A program made the translations under genes and the position numbers. From assembly GCA_047602405.1 (NCBI GenBank), contig JASGHJ010000002.1, positions 384,001 through 448,000 of the forward strand: DNA of 64,000 nt, written 5' to 3'. The notes below the pieces were generated by a model. That model was not told the origin of the DNA. It made no database searches and was given only the letters and a program-made list of their open reading frames with translations. This DNA comes from Anaeromyxobacteraceae bacterium (GTDB taxonomy: Bacteria; Myxococcota; Myxococcia; Myxococcales; Anaeromyxobacteraceae). Positions within the stretch are counted from its first letter, which is position 1. Every line of letters starts with the position of its first letter. Shown here piece after piece: positions 41,864 to 53,224 of the stretch.

Positions 41864-43228
41864 TTGAGCGACGCCCTGCGAGCCGACGCCGAGGCGATGT
41901 TCCGCGCCGCGATCGACCGGGTCGATCCCGCGCTGATGATGGAGCGCGCGCTCTCCCTGCGCGGCGACGTGCTCGAGGTCTCGACCGGGCTCGGGGCGAG
42001 CACGATCGACCTCGCCCGCTTCCGGCGCGTGGTCGTCACCGGGTTCGGGAAGGCCTCGGCCCGGATGGCCCTGGGCGTCGAGGCGGTGATGGGGGACCGG
42101 CTGGAGGGTGGGCTCGTGGTCACGAAGGCGGGCGCGGGCGAGCGCCTCCGCCGGATCCGGCTCGTCGAGGCGGGCCACCCGGTGCCGGACGAGGGCTCGG
42201 TGCGCGCCGCGGAGGCGCTGCTCGAGCTCGCGGACGGCTTCGACGACGAGACCCTGGTCCTCACCCTCGTCTCGGGCGGCGGCTCGGCGCTCCTCTGCGC
42301 GCCGGCGGTGGACGCCGCGGGGCGCGCGCTCCTCACGCTCGAGGAGAAGCAGGAGGTCACCCGCGCCCTGCTCGCGTCCGGCGCGACGATCCACGAGCTC
42401 AACTGCGTGCGCAAGCACCTCTCCCGCGTGAAGGGAGGCCGGCTCGCCCGCGCGTACGGGCAGGCGACCTCGGTCGCGCTCCTCCTCTCCGACGTGGTCG
42501 GCGACGAGCTCGACGTGATCGCGTCGGGCCCGACCGTGGCCGACCCGTCGACGTACGCGGACGCGCTCGCGGTGCTCGACCGGCGCGGCTTGCGGGGCCG
42601 GGCGCCGCGGGCCGCGGTGCGCGCGCTCGAGGAGGGGGCGGCGGGCCGGCTCGAGGAGACGCCCAAGCCCGGCGACCCCGCCCTCGCGCGGACCACCACC
42701 GTGCTCGTCGGCACGAACCACCAGGCGCTCCTCGCCGCCGAGGCGCGGGCGCGCGCGCTCGGGTACCGGACGCTCGTCCTCACCTCCCGGCTCACCGGCG
42801 AGGCGCGCGAGGCGGCGCTCGCGCTCCTCGGCATCGCCGGCGACGTCGCCGGCGCCGGGTTCCCGCTCGCGCCCCCGGCGTGCCTCATCGCGGGCGGCGA
42901 GACCACCGTGACGGTGAAGGGGACCGGGAAGGGCGGCCGGAACCAGGAGCTCGCCCTCGCCTTCCTCGCGGCCCTCCCGCGGGCGCGGCCCGCCCGGGAG
43001 GTCCTCCTCCTCGCGGCGTCCACCGACGGCGTGGACGGGCCCACCGACGCGGCGGGCGCCTTCGCGTCGCCCGCGCTCGCCGCCCGGGTGGCGGCGCTCG
43101 GGCTCGATCCCGCGGCGGCGCTCGCGGCGAACGACTCGCACCGCTTCCACGACGCGCTCGGGTCCCTGCTCCGGACGGGGCCCACGGGGACGAACGTCGC
43201 CGACGTCGCCATCGTGCTCGTGCGCTGA
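41864..43228 (+). CDS. glycerate kinase (DUF4147/MOFRL)
   Basis: GHPVPD, SGGGSAL, IASGPT, GGRNQE, TDGVDG and GPTGTNV motifs. TTG start after GGAGG. Confidence 0.92.
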   Translation: MSDALRADAEAMFRAAIDRVDPALMMERALSLRGDVLEVSTGLGASTIDLARFRRVVVTGFGKASARMALGVEAVMGDRLEGGLVVTKAGAGERLRRIRLVEAGHPVPDEGSVRAAEALLELADGFDDETLVLTLVSGGGSALLCAPAVDAAGRALLTLEEKQEVTRALLASGATIHELNCVRKHLSRVKGGRLARAYGQATSVALLLSDVVGDELDVIASGPTVADPSTYADALAVLDRRGLRGRAPRAAVRALEEGAAGRLEETPKPGDPALARTTTVLVGTNHQALLAAEARARALGYRTLVLTSRLTGEAREAALALLGIAGDVAGAGFPLAPPACLIAGGETTVTVKGTGKGGRNQELALAFLAALPRARPAREVLLLAASTDGVDGPTDAAGAFASPALAARVAALGLDPAAALAANDSHRFHDALGSLLRTGPTGTNVADVAIVLVR

Positions 43229-43274
43229 ACGTTCCGCTTGCGCGGGCGGCGAAGCTGCCCGATGTTGCGCGGCC

Positions 43275-44139
43275 ATGGCGAAGGCACGGAAGCGCGCGGC
43301 GAAGGGCAAGCCCTCGGGGAAGCGGTCCAGAGGAGGCAGCGCCCGCGAGGCGATCGATCTCCACCGCCTCTACGAGGCCTCGGTGCAGGACGCGCCGTCG
43401 GAGGTGGACATCCTCGAGCGGTTCCTCCGCCGCGCGGGCCGCCCCGCGCGCCGCCTGCGGGAGGACTTCAGCGGCACGGCGCTCGTCTCGGCGGAGTGGG
43501 TGCGCCGGGGCGCGGACCGCACGGCCACGGCGGTCGACCTCGAATCCCGGGGTGCACGCCTGGGCGCGGGCGCACCGGCTGCCGGAGCTCGGCGAGGCGG
43601 CCCGGCGCCTGAGGCTCGTCACCGCCGACGTCCGGCGGCCGAACGGGCGCGACTTCGACGCCATCGTCGCGCTCAACTACAGCTACTGGGTCTTCAAGAC
43701 GCGCGAGGCGATGCGGGCGTACCTGACGGCCGCGCGCCGCGCGCTCGCGCCGGGCGGCGTGCTCGTGCTCGACGTGCAGGGCGGCTGGGAGTCGCAGCAG
43801 GAGATCGTGGAGAGCCGGCGGGTCAAGAAGGGCGTCCGCTACTTCTGGGAGCACGAGAAGTTCGACCCCATCACCCACCACCTGCGCGCGGCCATCCACT
43901 TCGAGGTGCCGGGCCGCCCGCGCCTGCGCCGCGTGTTCCACTACGACTGGCGGCTCTGGACGCTGCCCGAGCTGACCGAGCTGTGCGAGGAGGCAGGGCT
44001 CGAGGACGTGGGCGTCTACTGGGACGTCGCGCCGGTCGACGACACGCGCTACGTGCTCCGCAAGCACGCGGAGAACCAGCCCGGCTGGATCGCCTACCTG
44101 GTGGCGCACCGGCCCCGCCGCGCGGCGTCCGCCCGCTGA
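43275..44139 (+). CDS. class I SAM-dependent methyltransferase, frameshift at ~43543
   Basis: LYEASVQ, LREDFSGT and AVDL in frame 1. ALNYSY and YDWRLWTLPE in the shifted frame. Confidence 0.85.
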
Positions 44140-44189
44140 CTTGCGGCAGGTCATATCTCCGCGGGGCGGGGCCATGCTTCACTCCCCCC

Positions 44190-45335
44190 GTGTCGATCTT
44201 CCAGTGGAACCCGCAGCTCGAGACCGGTGACGCCGAGGTCGACGGCCAGCACCGCCGGCTCATCGGGCTGATCGGCACGCTGTCGATGCTCCTCGAGGAG
44301 CAGCCCGACCTCGAGCCCGCCGCGCTGGCGCCCCTGCGCGACGAGCTCTTCGAGTACGCCCGCTACCACTTCCGGACCGAGGAGGGCCTGATGGTCGCGG
44401 GGGGCGCCGATCCCCGGCACCAGGAGGCGCATCGCCGGGAGCACCGGGAGTTCGTGGCGCAGGTCGAGGCGATGGTCGCGCACCCGGTGGGTGACCCGCT
44501 CGGCGCCGCCCGGGCCCTGCTCGCCTACCTCGTCCACTGGCTCACGTACCACATCCTCGGCACCGACCACGCCCTCGTGCGGCAGCTCGAGGCCATCGAG
44601 CGAGGGCGCTCGCCCGCGGAGGCGCTCGCCGAGGCCGAGCGGGTCGTCGATCCGGCCACCGCGACCCTCCTCGCCTCGATGCAGGCGCTGTTCGACGCGC
44701 TCATCGAGCGCAACCGGGCCCTCACCCTCCTCAACGACACCCTCGAGGCCCGGGTGCGCGAGCGCACCGAGGCCCTCACGGTGGCCAACGCCGAGCTGCG
44801 CAACATGGTGCAGCAGGTCGAGCGCCTCGCGCTCACCGACGCCCTCACGGCGCTGCCGAACCGGCGGTACGCGATGCAGGCGCTCGCCCGGGGGTGGGCC
44901 GGCGCGTCCCGCTGGGGCCGCGCGATGAGCGTGCTCCTCGTGGACGCCGACGCCTTCAAGCCCGTGAACGACGAGCACGGCCACGAGGCGGGCGACGTCG
45001 TGCTCCGCACGCTCGCGACGGCGCTCCGGAACTGCGTGCGGGGCTACGACGAGGTCTGCCGGCTCGGGGGCGACGAGTTCCTCGTGATCGCGCTCGAGAC
45101 GCCGCGCGAGGGGGCGCTCGCGCTCGGCGAGCGGTTGCGGGCCACGGCGGCCGCCCTGGAGGTGCCGGTGGGCGACCGCGGGGTGTGGCGCGGGAGCGTC
45201 AGCATCGGCGTCGCGTCTCGCGGCCCGGACGTCGCCGACGTCGAGGCCCTGCTGCGGGCCGCCGACGAGGGGGTCTACGCCGCGAAGCGGGCCGGGAAGA
45301 ACACGGTGCGCGCCGGGCAGCCGCCGGCGCCCTGA
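44190..45335 (+). CDS. bacteriohemerythrin-GGDEF diguanylate cyclase
   Basis: W..TG..VD.QH, HF..EE, H..EH and WL..HI..TD motifs. D.LT.LPNRR, RGYD I-site and GGDEF. Confidence 0.92.
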   Translation: MSIFQWNPQLETGDAEVDGQHRRLIGLIGTLSMLLEEQPDLEPAALAPLRDELFEYARYHFRTEEGLMVAGGADPRHQEAHRREHREFVAQVEAMVAHPVGDPLGAARALLAYLVHWLTYHILGTDHALVRQLEAIERGRSPAEALAEAERVVDPATATLLASMQALFDALIERNRALTLLNDTLEARVRERTEALTVANAELRNMVQQVERLALTDALTALPNRRYAMQALARGWAGASRWGRAMSVLLVDADAFKPVNDEHGHEAGDVVLRTLATALRNCVRGYDEVCRLGGDEFLVIALETPREGALALGERLRATAAALEVPVGDRGVWRGSVSIGVASRGPDVADVEALLRAADEGVYAAKRAGKNTVRAGQPPAP

Positions 45336-45393
45336 TCGGGGGAGCGCGAACCCCGACGGTGCCCGCCGGCTCCCACCCTCCGGAGGTCACACG

Positions 45394-45771
45394 ATGAGGA
45401 AGCAGCTCTTCCAGGTGGTGGTGGTGGCGGCCGTGCTCGGCTCGGGCGCCGCCCTCGCGGACGGCCCCGCCGCGAGGCTCGTGGACGGCGCCGAGGCCCA
45501 CCGCCTCGTGAAGGAGGGCGTGAAGGTGGTGGACGTGCGGACCGCGCCGGAGTTCGCGGCCGGGCACGTGCCGGGCGCCGTCAACATCCCCTTCGACGAG
45601 ATCGAGAGGCGCGCGGCCGAGCTCGGGCCGCCCGGGACGAAGGTGCTCCTCTACTGCCGGACGGGCCGCCGCTCGGGCATCGCCGCGGAGGCCCTGAGGG
45701 CGAAGGGGTACACGAACCTCTTCGACCTGCAGGCCTACGATCGCTGGGTGGCGTCCGAGCCCGGGAAATAG
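45394..45771 (+). CDS. exported rhodanese-like protein
   Basis: Signal peptide, DVRT, GHVPGAVNIP and YCRTGRRS motifs. Confidence 0.9.
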   Translation: MRKQLFQVVVVAAVLGSGAALADGPAARLVDGAEAHRLVKEGVKVVDVRTAPEFAAGHVPGAVNIPFDEIERRAAELGPPGTKVLLYCRTGRRSGIAAEALRAKGYTNLFDLQAYDRWVASEPGK

Positions 45772-45816
45772 CCCTCGGCTTCGGTGCTGGCGCACCTCAG
45801 GACGCCGAGGACGGGC

Positions 45817-46494
45817 TCACCGGGCCGCGAACCGTGGCGCGAGCACGTGGTTCTCGAGGTGGACGTGCGTGAGCGTGTCGGCCTCGACGGCCTCGAGCTC
45901 CGCCATCAGCACCCGGTAGCTGTTGCAGCCCCACGCGGGCGGGACGAAGCCGTCGGTGAGCGCGCGCAGGCGCCCGAGCAGCGCGCCGACCTCCAGGTGA
46001 TCGGCGAGCATGCGCTCGAGCTCGCGGGCGATGACCCCGGGATCCGTGGTGCGGGCCGCGAGCGCCGGGAAGAGCATCGTCTCCTCCTCCTCGAGGTGCG
46101 GGAGGAGGGCCGCCGAGAGGGCCGACACGACGCCGTACACCTCCTCGAGCCGCGGCTCCCGGTCGCCGTGCACCCGCGCGACCTTCGCGGCGAGCGGCTC
46201 GACGAACGGGAGCGCCCGGCGCAGGTAGCCGTGGTGGCGGTCCACGATGCGCGCGAGGAGCGCCGCGGTCGAGAGCGCGCGCGGATCCTCCGCGGCGGCC
46301 TCGCCGCCGGCGGGCAGGGCGGCCGCGAGCTCCGCCTGGACGGCGGCGGGGTCGAGGCCGCGATCGCGGCAGGCCTCGGTCACCGTGACGCCGCCCCGGC
46401 AGCAGTAGTCGATGCCGCGCCGCTGGAAGACCCGCGCGAGCGAGGGGTGGGAGAGCACGAGCTGCGCCACGGTGGCGGAGGGGTCGAGGTCCAT
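45817..46494 (-). CDS. iron-sulfur cluster repair di-iron protein (RIC/YtfE)
   Basis: IDYCC.G, HH.YL, KVARVHG, H..EE..LFP and HVHLEN motifs. Confidence 0.9.
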   Translation of the reverse strand: MDLDPSATVAQLVLSHPSLARVFQRRGIDYCCRGGVTVTEACRDRGLDPAAVQAELAAALPAGGEAAAEDPRALSTAALLARIVDRHHGYLRRALPFVEPLAAKVARVHGDREPRLEEVYGVVSALSAALLPHLEEEETMLFPALAARTTDPGVIARELERMLADHLEVGALLGRLRALTDGFVPPAWGCNSYRVLMAELEAVEADTLTHVHLENHVLAPRFAAR

Positions 46495-46702
46495 GCCCAC
46501 CGGAATTGCAGCGCCCGTGCCGGGCACGCGCGGGCCAGGAACCGGAGCGATCACGCGAGGTCACGGGCCCGCTCCCGTCTGGGTCCCATGCCGGAGAACG
46601 AAGGGAAGGTGCGGGTGCACCGAAATGCGGGTGCGCCACCGCTCGAACATTCGCGCATACCGCCGTGAAGGCGGGGGGACGGGGGGCGGCGAGCCTCCCC
46701 GC

Positions 46703-47569
46703 ATGACGCCCACCCGCCGGACGCTCGCCCTCCTGCTCTCGCTCACCGCGCCCGCCGCGGCCCGCGCCGCCACCCTCACCCTCGACGAGCCCGTGCTCGG
46801 CCGCACCGCGTGCGGCGCCGCGGGCGACACCTCCGTGTCCATGACCTGGGACCTCGGGAGCTCGACCGGCGCCTCGATCGAGCTCCTCGGCTCCGACGCG
46901 GCCGGCTGCGACGAGACCGACGCGACGACCGCCGTGCTCGTGGACGGCCTCTCGACCTCCCGCACCGCCTACCCTCAGAGCGGCGACACGGCCATCACGG
47001 TCCTGGACCTCCTCACCGCCGCGGGCAAGGCGACCGACTGCACGGGGACCTCGGTGCGCGTGTACGCCTGCCTGCGGGTCCTCGACGCCGCGGGCGCCGC
47101 GGTGACGACCGCCTCGGCGGCGCTGAAGCTCGAGTTCACCTCGCCACCGGCGCCGGTCTCGGTCGCGACGGTGCCGGGAGAGGGCGCGCTGTACGTGTCG
47201 TGGGCCGAGGGCGAGGCGACGACCGCCGCCCCGGCCGACTCGAAGCGCTACCGGGCCTACGCGGCGGCGGGCGGGAGCACCTGGTCGTCGGCGAAGACCG
47301 CATCCACCTCGGCGCGGATCGCCGGGCTCGAGAACGGGACGGCCTACGACGTCTGGGTGGTCGCCTACAGCGAGGCCGGCAACGAGAGCACCGCCTCCGA
47401 GCCCGCGACCGGGACGCCGCAGCCGGTCGAGGACTTCTGGGACGTGTACGCGGCGAGCGGCGGGGTCGAGCAGGGCGGGTGCGGCCAGGGCGGCGGCGGG
47501 GCGGCGCCGTGGGCGCTGCCGGTGATCGTGTTGCTCCTGCGGCGCTCCGTCGGGGCGCGGCGCAGCTGA
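46703..47569 (+). CDS. FN3-domain surface protein with MYXO-CTERM-like anchor
   Basis: Signal peptide, GLENGTAY..V.AYSEAGNES, and C-terminal GGC + hydrophobic stretch + RR. Confidence 0.8.
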   Translation: MTPTRRTLALLLSLTAPAAARAATLTLDEPVLGRTACGAAGDTSVSMTWDLGSSTGASIELLGSDAAGCDETDATTAVLVDGLSTSRTAYPQSGDTAITVLDLLTAAGKATDCTGTSVRVYACLRVLDAAGAAVTTASAALKLEFTSPPAPVSVATVPGEGALYVSWAEGEATTAAPADSKRYRAYAAAGGSTWSSAKTASTSARIAGLENGTAYDVWVVAYSEAGNESTASEPATGTPQPVEDFWDVYAASGGVEQGGCGQGGGGAAPWALPVIVLLLRRSVGARRS

Positions 47570-47620
47570 AGCCCCGGCGTCCGGGCGGGTCGCCTCGAGC
47601 CGGCTCCGGCTGGCGTTCTG

Positions 47621-47652
47621 CCCGGGCCCCCCTCTCTCGAGAGGGGCCCGGG
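47621..47652. terminator. hairpin between convergent genes
   Basis: CCCGGGCCCC..TCTC/GAGA..GGGGCCCGGG. Confidence 0.55.
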
Positions 47653-47658
47653 TTCAGG

Positions 47659-48999
47659 TCACTTCGCGGCAGGGGCCACGGGCGCGGCGGCGGGCTGCGC
47701 GGCCGGGGCCGGGGCCGGGGCCGGGGCCGGGGCGGCCGGCGGCGGCTCGGGCTTCAGGAACGAGCCCGAGAACGTGTAGAGCACGCCGACGCCGAAGCCG
47801 GAGACGTCCGCGCCCGGAGCGACCGCGCCCACCGGCGGGAAGTTCGAGTAGCTCGCGGAGGTGCCGTTCACCATCCGGTACCAGGAGGCGAACACGTCGA
47901 AGGACTTCGTGATCGAGTAGGAGTAGCCGAGCGCCAGCTGCGTGCCGGAGAGGCCGTCGGTGGAGCACGCGGCGCCGCCGACCTTCTTGCAGTCGCCCTC
48001 GAGCCCCTTGCCGAACGAGCCCCAGACCTGGTGCGCGCCGACCCGCTGCTGCGCGAGCACGTAGAAGGAGTCGCGCGTGTAGGACTTCACGGCGCCGGCG
48101 GCGGTGTCACGGTTCTCGTAGGAGAGCCGCTCGACGATGGCCGAGAGCTTCGTGCCGGTGGGGAAGCCGTAGAACGCCACGAGCTCGTGCGCCTGGTCGG
48201 TGGAGCCGCCGTTCGTGAAGGTCGGGCCGTTCCCGCCGAGCTGCGCGAGGCCGAAGTAGTCCACGTGGCGCTCGTAGCCGTAGCGGACGCCGAGCGTGTC
48301 GAGGTCGTACGAGAGGAGCGCCGAGTAGAGGCGCGGGCCGATGCCCGGGGCGGTCGCGCCCTTCGTGGTGCGCGACTCGTCGAAGCCGTAGGCCACGCGG
48401 GCCGAGAGGCCGTGGAACTTCGGCGACCAGTACTGGAGCGAGTTGCCCTGCCGGCGGTTGAAGCTCGCGTCGGCCTTGGCAGCCGCGCGGCCGGTCTGGG
48501 TGGTCGTGCCCGGGACGTTGAAGCCCGGGTTCGCGGTGATGGCGTTGTCGAACGGGTTCAGGCCCCGCAGCGGCCCGACCATCAGGATCGGCGCCTTGTA
48601 GGGCGTGTCCCACAGGCCGTAGAAGGCGGTGCCCCAGTCGCCGGTGAGGCCGACCTGGCTGTTGCGCGACGCCCAGGCGTTCGGCGCGTCGCCGTCCGGG
48701 CTGACCGCGCTCTCGACCTGGAAGATGGCCTTCAGGCCCGGGACGAGCTCGAGCTGGCCCTTGAAGCCGAGGTTGGAGGTGCCGGAGGTGAGGCGGGCCC
48801 GGCGGGGCAGGTTCTGGCCGCTGAAGGTGGGCACCTGTGCGGCGGTGACGGGGTTCGTGGTGGCGGTCGCGCCGGTGGTGGCGACCGCGTCGCCGAACTC
48901 CATCAGCGAGCCGTAGAAGGTGGAATCGGAGCTCTGCGCCGCGGCCGCGCCCGGAAGGGCGAGCACCAGGGCGAGCAGGGCGAGCGCATGGGTCTTCAT
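47659..48999 (-). CDS. Gram-negative porin
   Basis: Signal peptide, S.LGFKG..L..GL.AIFQVES, RNSQVGL.G.WG and NSLQYWSP motifs. Pro/Ala-rich tail. Confidence 0.88.
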   Translation of the reverse strand: MKTHALALLALVLALPGAAAAQSSDSTFYGSLMEFGDAVATTGATATTNPVTAAQVPTFSGQNLPRRARLTSGTSNLGFKGQLELVPGLKAIFQVESAVSPDGDAPNAWASRNSQVGLTGDWGTAFYGLWDTPYKAPILMVGPLRGLNPFDNAITANPGFNVPGTTTQTGRAAAKADASFNRRQGNSLQYWSPKFHGLSARVAYGFDESRTTKGATAPGIGPRLYSALLSYDLDTLGVRYGYERHVDYFGLAQLGGNGPTFTNGGSTDQAHELVAFYGFPTGTKLSAIVERLSYENRDTAAGAVKSYTRDSFYVLAQQRVGAHQVWGSFGKGLEGDCKKVGGAACSTDGLSGTQLALGYSYSITKSFDVFASWYRMVNGTSASYSNFPPVGAVAPGADVSGFGVGVLYTFSGSFLKPEPPPAAPAPAPAPAPAAQPAAAPVAPAAK

Positions 49000-49070
49000 G
49001 AGCGTCCTCGTTCGTGCGCGCACGGGCGGGACGCCCGTCGAATCGCGCGTGGTGGTCTGCGGGGCCGCAA

Positions 49071-49086
49071 AGCACCGCCCGTGCCA
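49071..49086 (-). promoter_or_regulatory. sigma54 -24/-12 promoter for the porin gene
   Basis: TGGCACGGGCGGTGCT (GG-N10-GC) on the minus strand. Confidence 0.75.
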
Positions 49087-49173
49087 CGGGCGCGGCGGCC
49101 CGGGGACCGCGGGGAGGGCGCGGCACGGCGGGGGTTCGAGGCCCCTGCGGCAGATTCACGCACCGTTCGTTCG

Positions 49174-49206
49174 ACTCGAAATGATAAGCTGCCTCTCAAT
49201 TCGAGA
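49174..49206. promoter_or_regulatory. putative tandem upstream activator sites
   Basis: ACTCGAAATGATA and TCTCAATTCGAGA, 20 bp apart start-to-start and about 90-120 bp from the sigma54 site. Confidence 0.5.
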
Positions 49207-49219
49207 ACGGGGTGCGACG

Positions 49220-50842
<1,623 letters not shown>

Positions 50843-50923
50843 GGCCTTCTCGCTTCGAGAAGGCCCGCCGCCGCGCCCCGTGCGCGCGGCCTCCCCGGCG
50901 CGGATTCATTGAGCTTCGTCGCG

Positions 50924-50939
50924 TGGCACGCCGCGTGCT
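50924..50939 (+). promoter_or_regulatory. sigma54 -24/-12 promoter for the flavocytochrome operon
   Basis: TGGCACGCCGCGTGCT (GG-N10-GC), about 50 bp upstream of the ATG. Confidence 0.8.
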
Positions 50940-50990
50940 CCGTGGGCTCCGCGTGCGAGCGCCGCGTCGGCGCGTCGCGGAGGACACGAG

Positions 50991-52535
50991 ATGAGCCACG
51001 AAGAGAACGAGAAGAAGGTCCTGGCGCGGCGCCAGTTCCTGAAGGCGGCCGGGCTGGCCGCCGGCGCGGTGGGCACCGCCGCCGCCGGGCTCGCCCCCGC
51101 GGCGGCCGAGGCGGCCGCTCCGGAGCTCCCGAAGCGGTGGGACGAGACGACGGACGTGCTGGTGGTCGGCACCGGCTTCGCGGGCCTCTCGGCCGCGGTC
51201 GAGGCGCGGGTGGCCGGCGCGGACGTGCTCGTGATCGAGAAGATGCCGGTGCACGGCGGCAACTCGATCATCAACGGCGGCGACTTCTGCGCCGCGGGCA
51301 ACACCTTCCAGAAGGAGGCCGGCGTCCAGGACTCCCCCGAGCTGATGCTGAAGGACATGCTGAAGGCGGGCGCGAGCCTCAACCACCTCGAGCTCGCCCG
51401 CCTCGTCGCGGAGCGCTCCAACGAGGCGCTCGAGTGGACGAAGTCGTTCGTGGGGGCCCGCTACGGCCGGCTCAACTTCCACGGCGGCCACTCGGTGAAG
51501 CGGTCGGTCCAGACCGTCAACCAGTCCGGCTCCGAGCTCGTCAACAAGCTGCTCGCGAAGGCGAAGGAGCTCGGCGCGAGGTTCTCGATGCGCACGAAGC
51601 TCGTGCGCCTCCTGGTGAGGGACGGCCGGGTGGTCGGCGTCGAGGTGAAGCGCGGCTACGACTGGCCGGACGAGAAGTCCGGCGAGACGGTGTTCATCAA
51701 GGCCCGCCGCGCGGTGGTGCTCGGCTCCGGCGGCTTCTCGCAGGACAAGCGGCTGCGCCGCATCCACGATCCGCGCATCACCGACACCTTCGAGTCCACC
51801 AACCACCCCGGCGCGACCGGCGAGGCGCTGCTCGCGGCCTGCAAGATCGGCGCGATGGACGTGCAGATGGACTGGATCCAGCTCGGCCCGTGGACGAGCC
51901 CGGACGAGCCCGGCTTCGGGAACACCCCGCAGGTCTGCGAGCGCATCGTCGGCTACGGCCTGATGGTCGATCCCTCCACCGGCAAGCGCTTCTTCAAGGA
52001 GACCGGCAACCGCAAGGAGCGCGCGGACGCGATCATCGCGCTCGGGCACCCGGCGGTGATCGTCGGCGACAGCTACGCCATCGAGAAGCAGGTCGTGCCG
52101 AAGGTGCTCCAGAAGGCGATGGAGGTCGGCGCGGTGAAGCGCTTCGACACCCTCGAGGCGGTGGCCGCGAACTACGGCATCCCGGTGCAGCCGTTCCTCG
52201 AGCAGGTCGCGCGCTGGAACGGCTTCGTCGCGGCGGGCAAGGACACCGACCTCGACTGCAAGCTCTTCCCCGACACGAAGCAGACGGTGCAGGGGCCGTT
52301 CTACGCGATGCGCCTGTGGCCGCGCGTGCACCACACCATGGGCGGCCTCGACATCGACAAGGACGCCCGGGTCCAGAGCTTCGACTTCGCGCCGATCGCC
52401 GGCCTGTACGCGGCCGGCGAGGTGACGGGCGGCGTGCACGGCGCCGTGCGCCTCGGCTCGGTCGCCATGGCGGACTGCGTGGTCTTCGGGCGGATCGCCG
52501 GCAAGAACGCGGCGGCCGAGAAGCCCTGGGCCTGA
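50991..52535 (+). CDS. Tat-exported flavocytochrome c flavoprotein subunit (enoate-reductase-like)
   Basis: RRQFLK Tat signal, VVGTGFAG, GGHSVKR, HHTMGG and AAGEVTGGVHG.RLG motifs. Confidence 0.92.
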   Translation: MSHEENEKKVLARRQFLKAAGLAAGAVGTAAAGLAPAAAEAAAPELPKRWDETTDVLVVGTGFAGLSAAVEARVAGADVLVIEKMPVHGGNSIINGGDFCAAGNTFQKEAGVQDSPELMLKDMLKAGASLNHLELARLVAERSNEALEWTKSFVGARYGRLNFHGGHSVKRSVQTVNQSGSELVNKLLAKAKELGARFSMRTKLVRLLVRDGRVVGVEVKRGYDWPDEKSGETVFIKARRAVVLGSGGFSQDKRLRRIHDPRITDTFESTNHPGATGEALLAACKIGAMDVQMDWIQLGPWTSPDEPGFGNTPQVCERIVGYGLMVDPSTGKRFFKETGNRKERADAIIALGHPAVIVGDSYAIEKQVVPKVLQKAMEVGAVKRFDTLEAVAANYGIPVQPFLEQVARWNGFVAAGKDTDLDCKLFPDTKQTVQGPFYAMRLWPRVHHTMGGLDIDKDARVQSFDFAPIAGLYAAGEVTGGVHGAVRLGSVAMADCVVFGRIAGKNAAAEKPWA

Positions 52536-52563
52536 AGCGCGAACGGACGAAAGGGACACCACC

Positions 52564-52917
52564 ATGACCATCACGAAGAAGCTCGCCCGCCTCGCGCTCC
52601 TCGCGGCGCTCACGCTGCCGCTCGCCGCCGCCGCCGGGGAGAAGTTCTCCGCCGACGCGCACCAGGCGAAGGGCGTCTCCTGCGCGGACTGCCACGGCAA
52701 GGCGAAGAAGAAGACGTTCGTCGAGGCGGAGCGCTGCCTCTCCTGCCACGGCCCGGGCGAGGCGCTCGCCGCGAAGACCGCGGCGGTGAAGCCCGAGAAC
52801 CCGCACGCGTCACCGCACTGGGGCGCGCAGATGGAGTGCAACGTCTGCCACCGCCAGCACAGGGCGACGCAGAACTGGTGCGACCACTGCCACCGGTTCG
52901 GCTTCAAGGTGCCGTAA
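52564..52917 (+). CDS. small tetraheme cytochrome c
   Basis: Signal peptide and four CxxCH motifs (CADCH, CLSCH, CNVCH, CDHCH). Confidence 0.93.
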   Translation: MTITKKLARLALLAALTLPLAAAAGEKFSADAHQAKGVSCADCHGKAKKKTFVEAERCLSCHGPGEALAAKTAAVKPENPHASPHWGAQMECNVCHRQHRATQNWCDHCHRFGFKVP

Positions 52918-53070
52918 GAACGCGCTCCGTGGACGGGCCGTTCGCCCCGAGCTAGGCGTGAGCTAGGCGCGCGCCGCGCGCCGGAGCCGAGGGGTGGCGC
53001 ATCGCATCATCGCTGCGCCCCGGGGTCACACGATCCCGGGGCGCGTTCGTTTTCTCCAGGAACCTGGCCG

Positions 53071-53094
53071 GGGTGCAAGCGTGCGCTTGCACCC
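53071..53094. promoter_or_regulatory. 11-bp-arm inverted repeat upstream of the symporter
   Basis: GGGTGCAAGCG-TG-CGCTTGCACCC. Confidence 0.45.
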
Positions 53095-53224
53095 TAACGG
53101 GCAGTTCGGGCACGCTGCGACAACTCGTACCGCATGGGTGCCACCGCCTCCCCGGGGCACACCGACTCACGACGCGAACCCTGAGCCCGCGCGCGACAGC
53201 CCGCGGCGAGAGAGGTGCCGATCG

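Noticed and set aside
43275..45335. Apparent 686-aa methyltransferase-hemerythrin-GGDEF fusion in the ORF track
   Set aside because: It is an artefact of the +1 frameshift at ~43543. The methyltransferase continues in another frame to its stop at 44139.
47700..47735. (GGGGCC)n hexamer repeat
   Set aside because: It encodes the Pro-Ala tail of the porin, a simple low-complexity sequence.
50991..52535. Calling the flavoprotein a fumarate reductase (fccA)
   Set aside because: It lacks the His of the Q-x-H-P-T dicarboxylate-binding motif, so no gene symbol was assigned.
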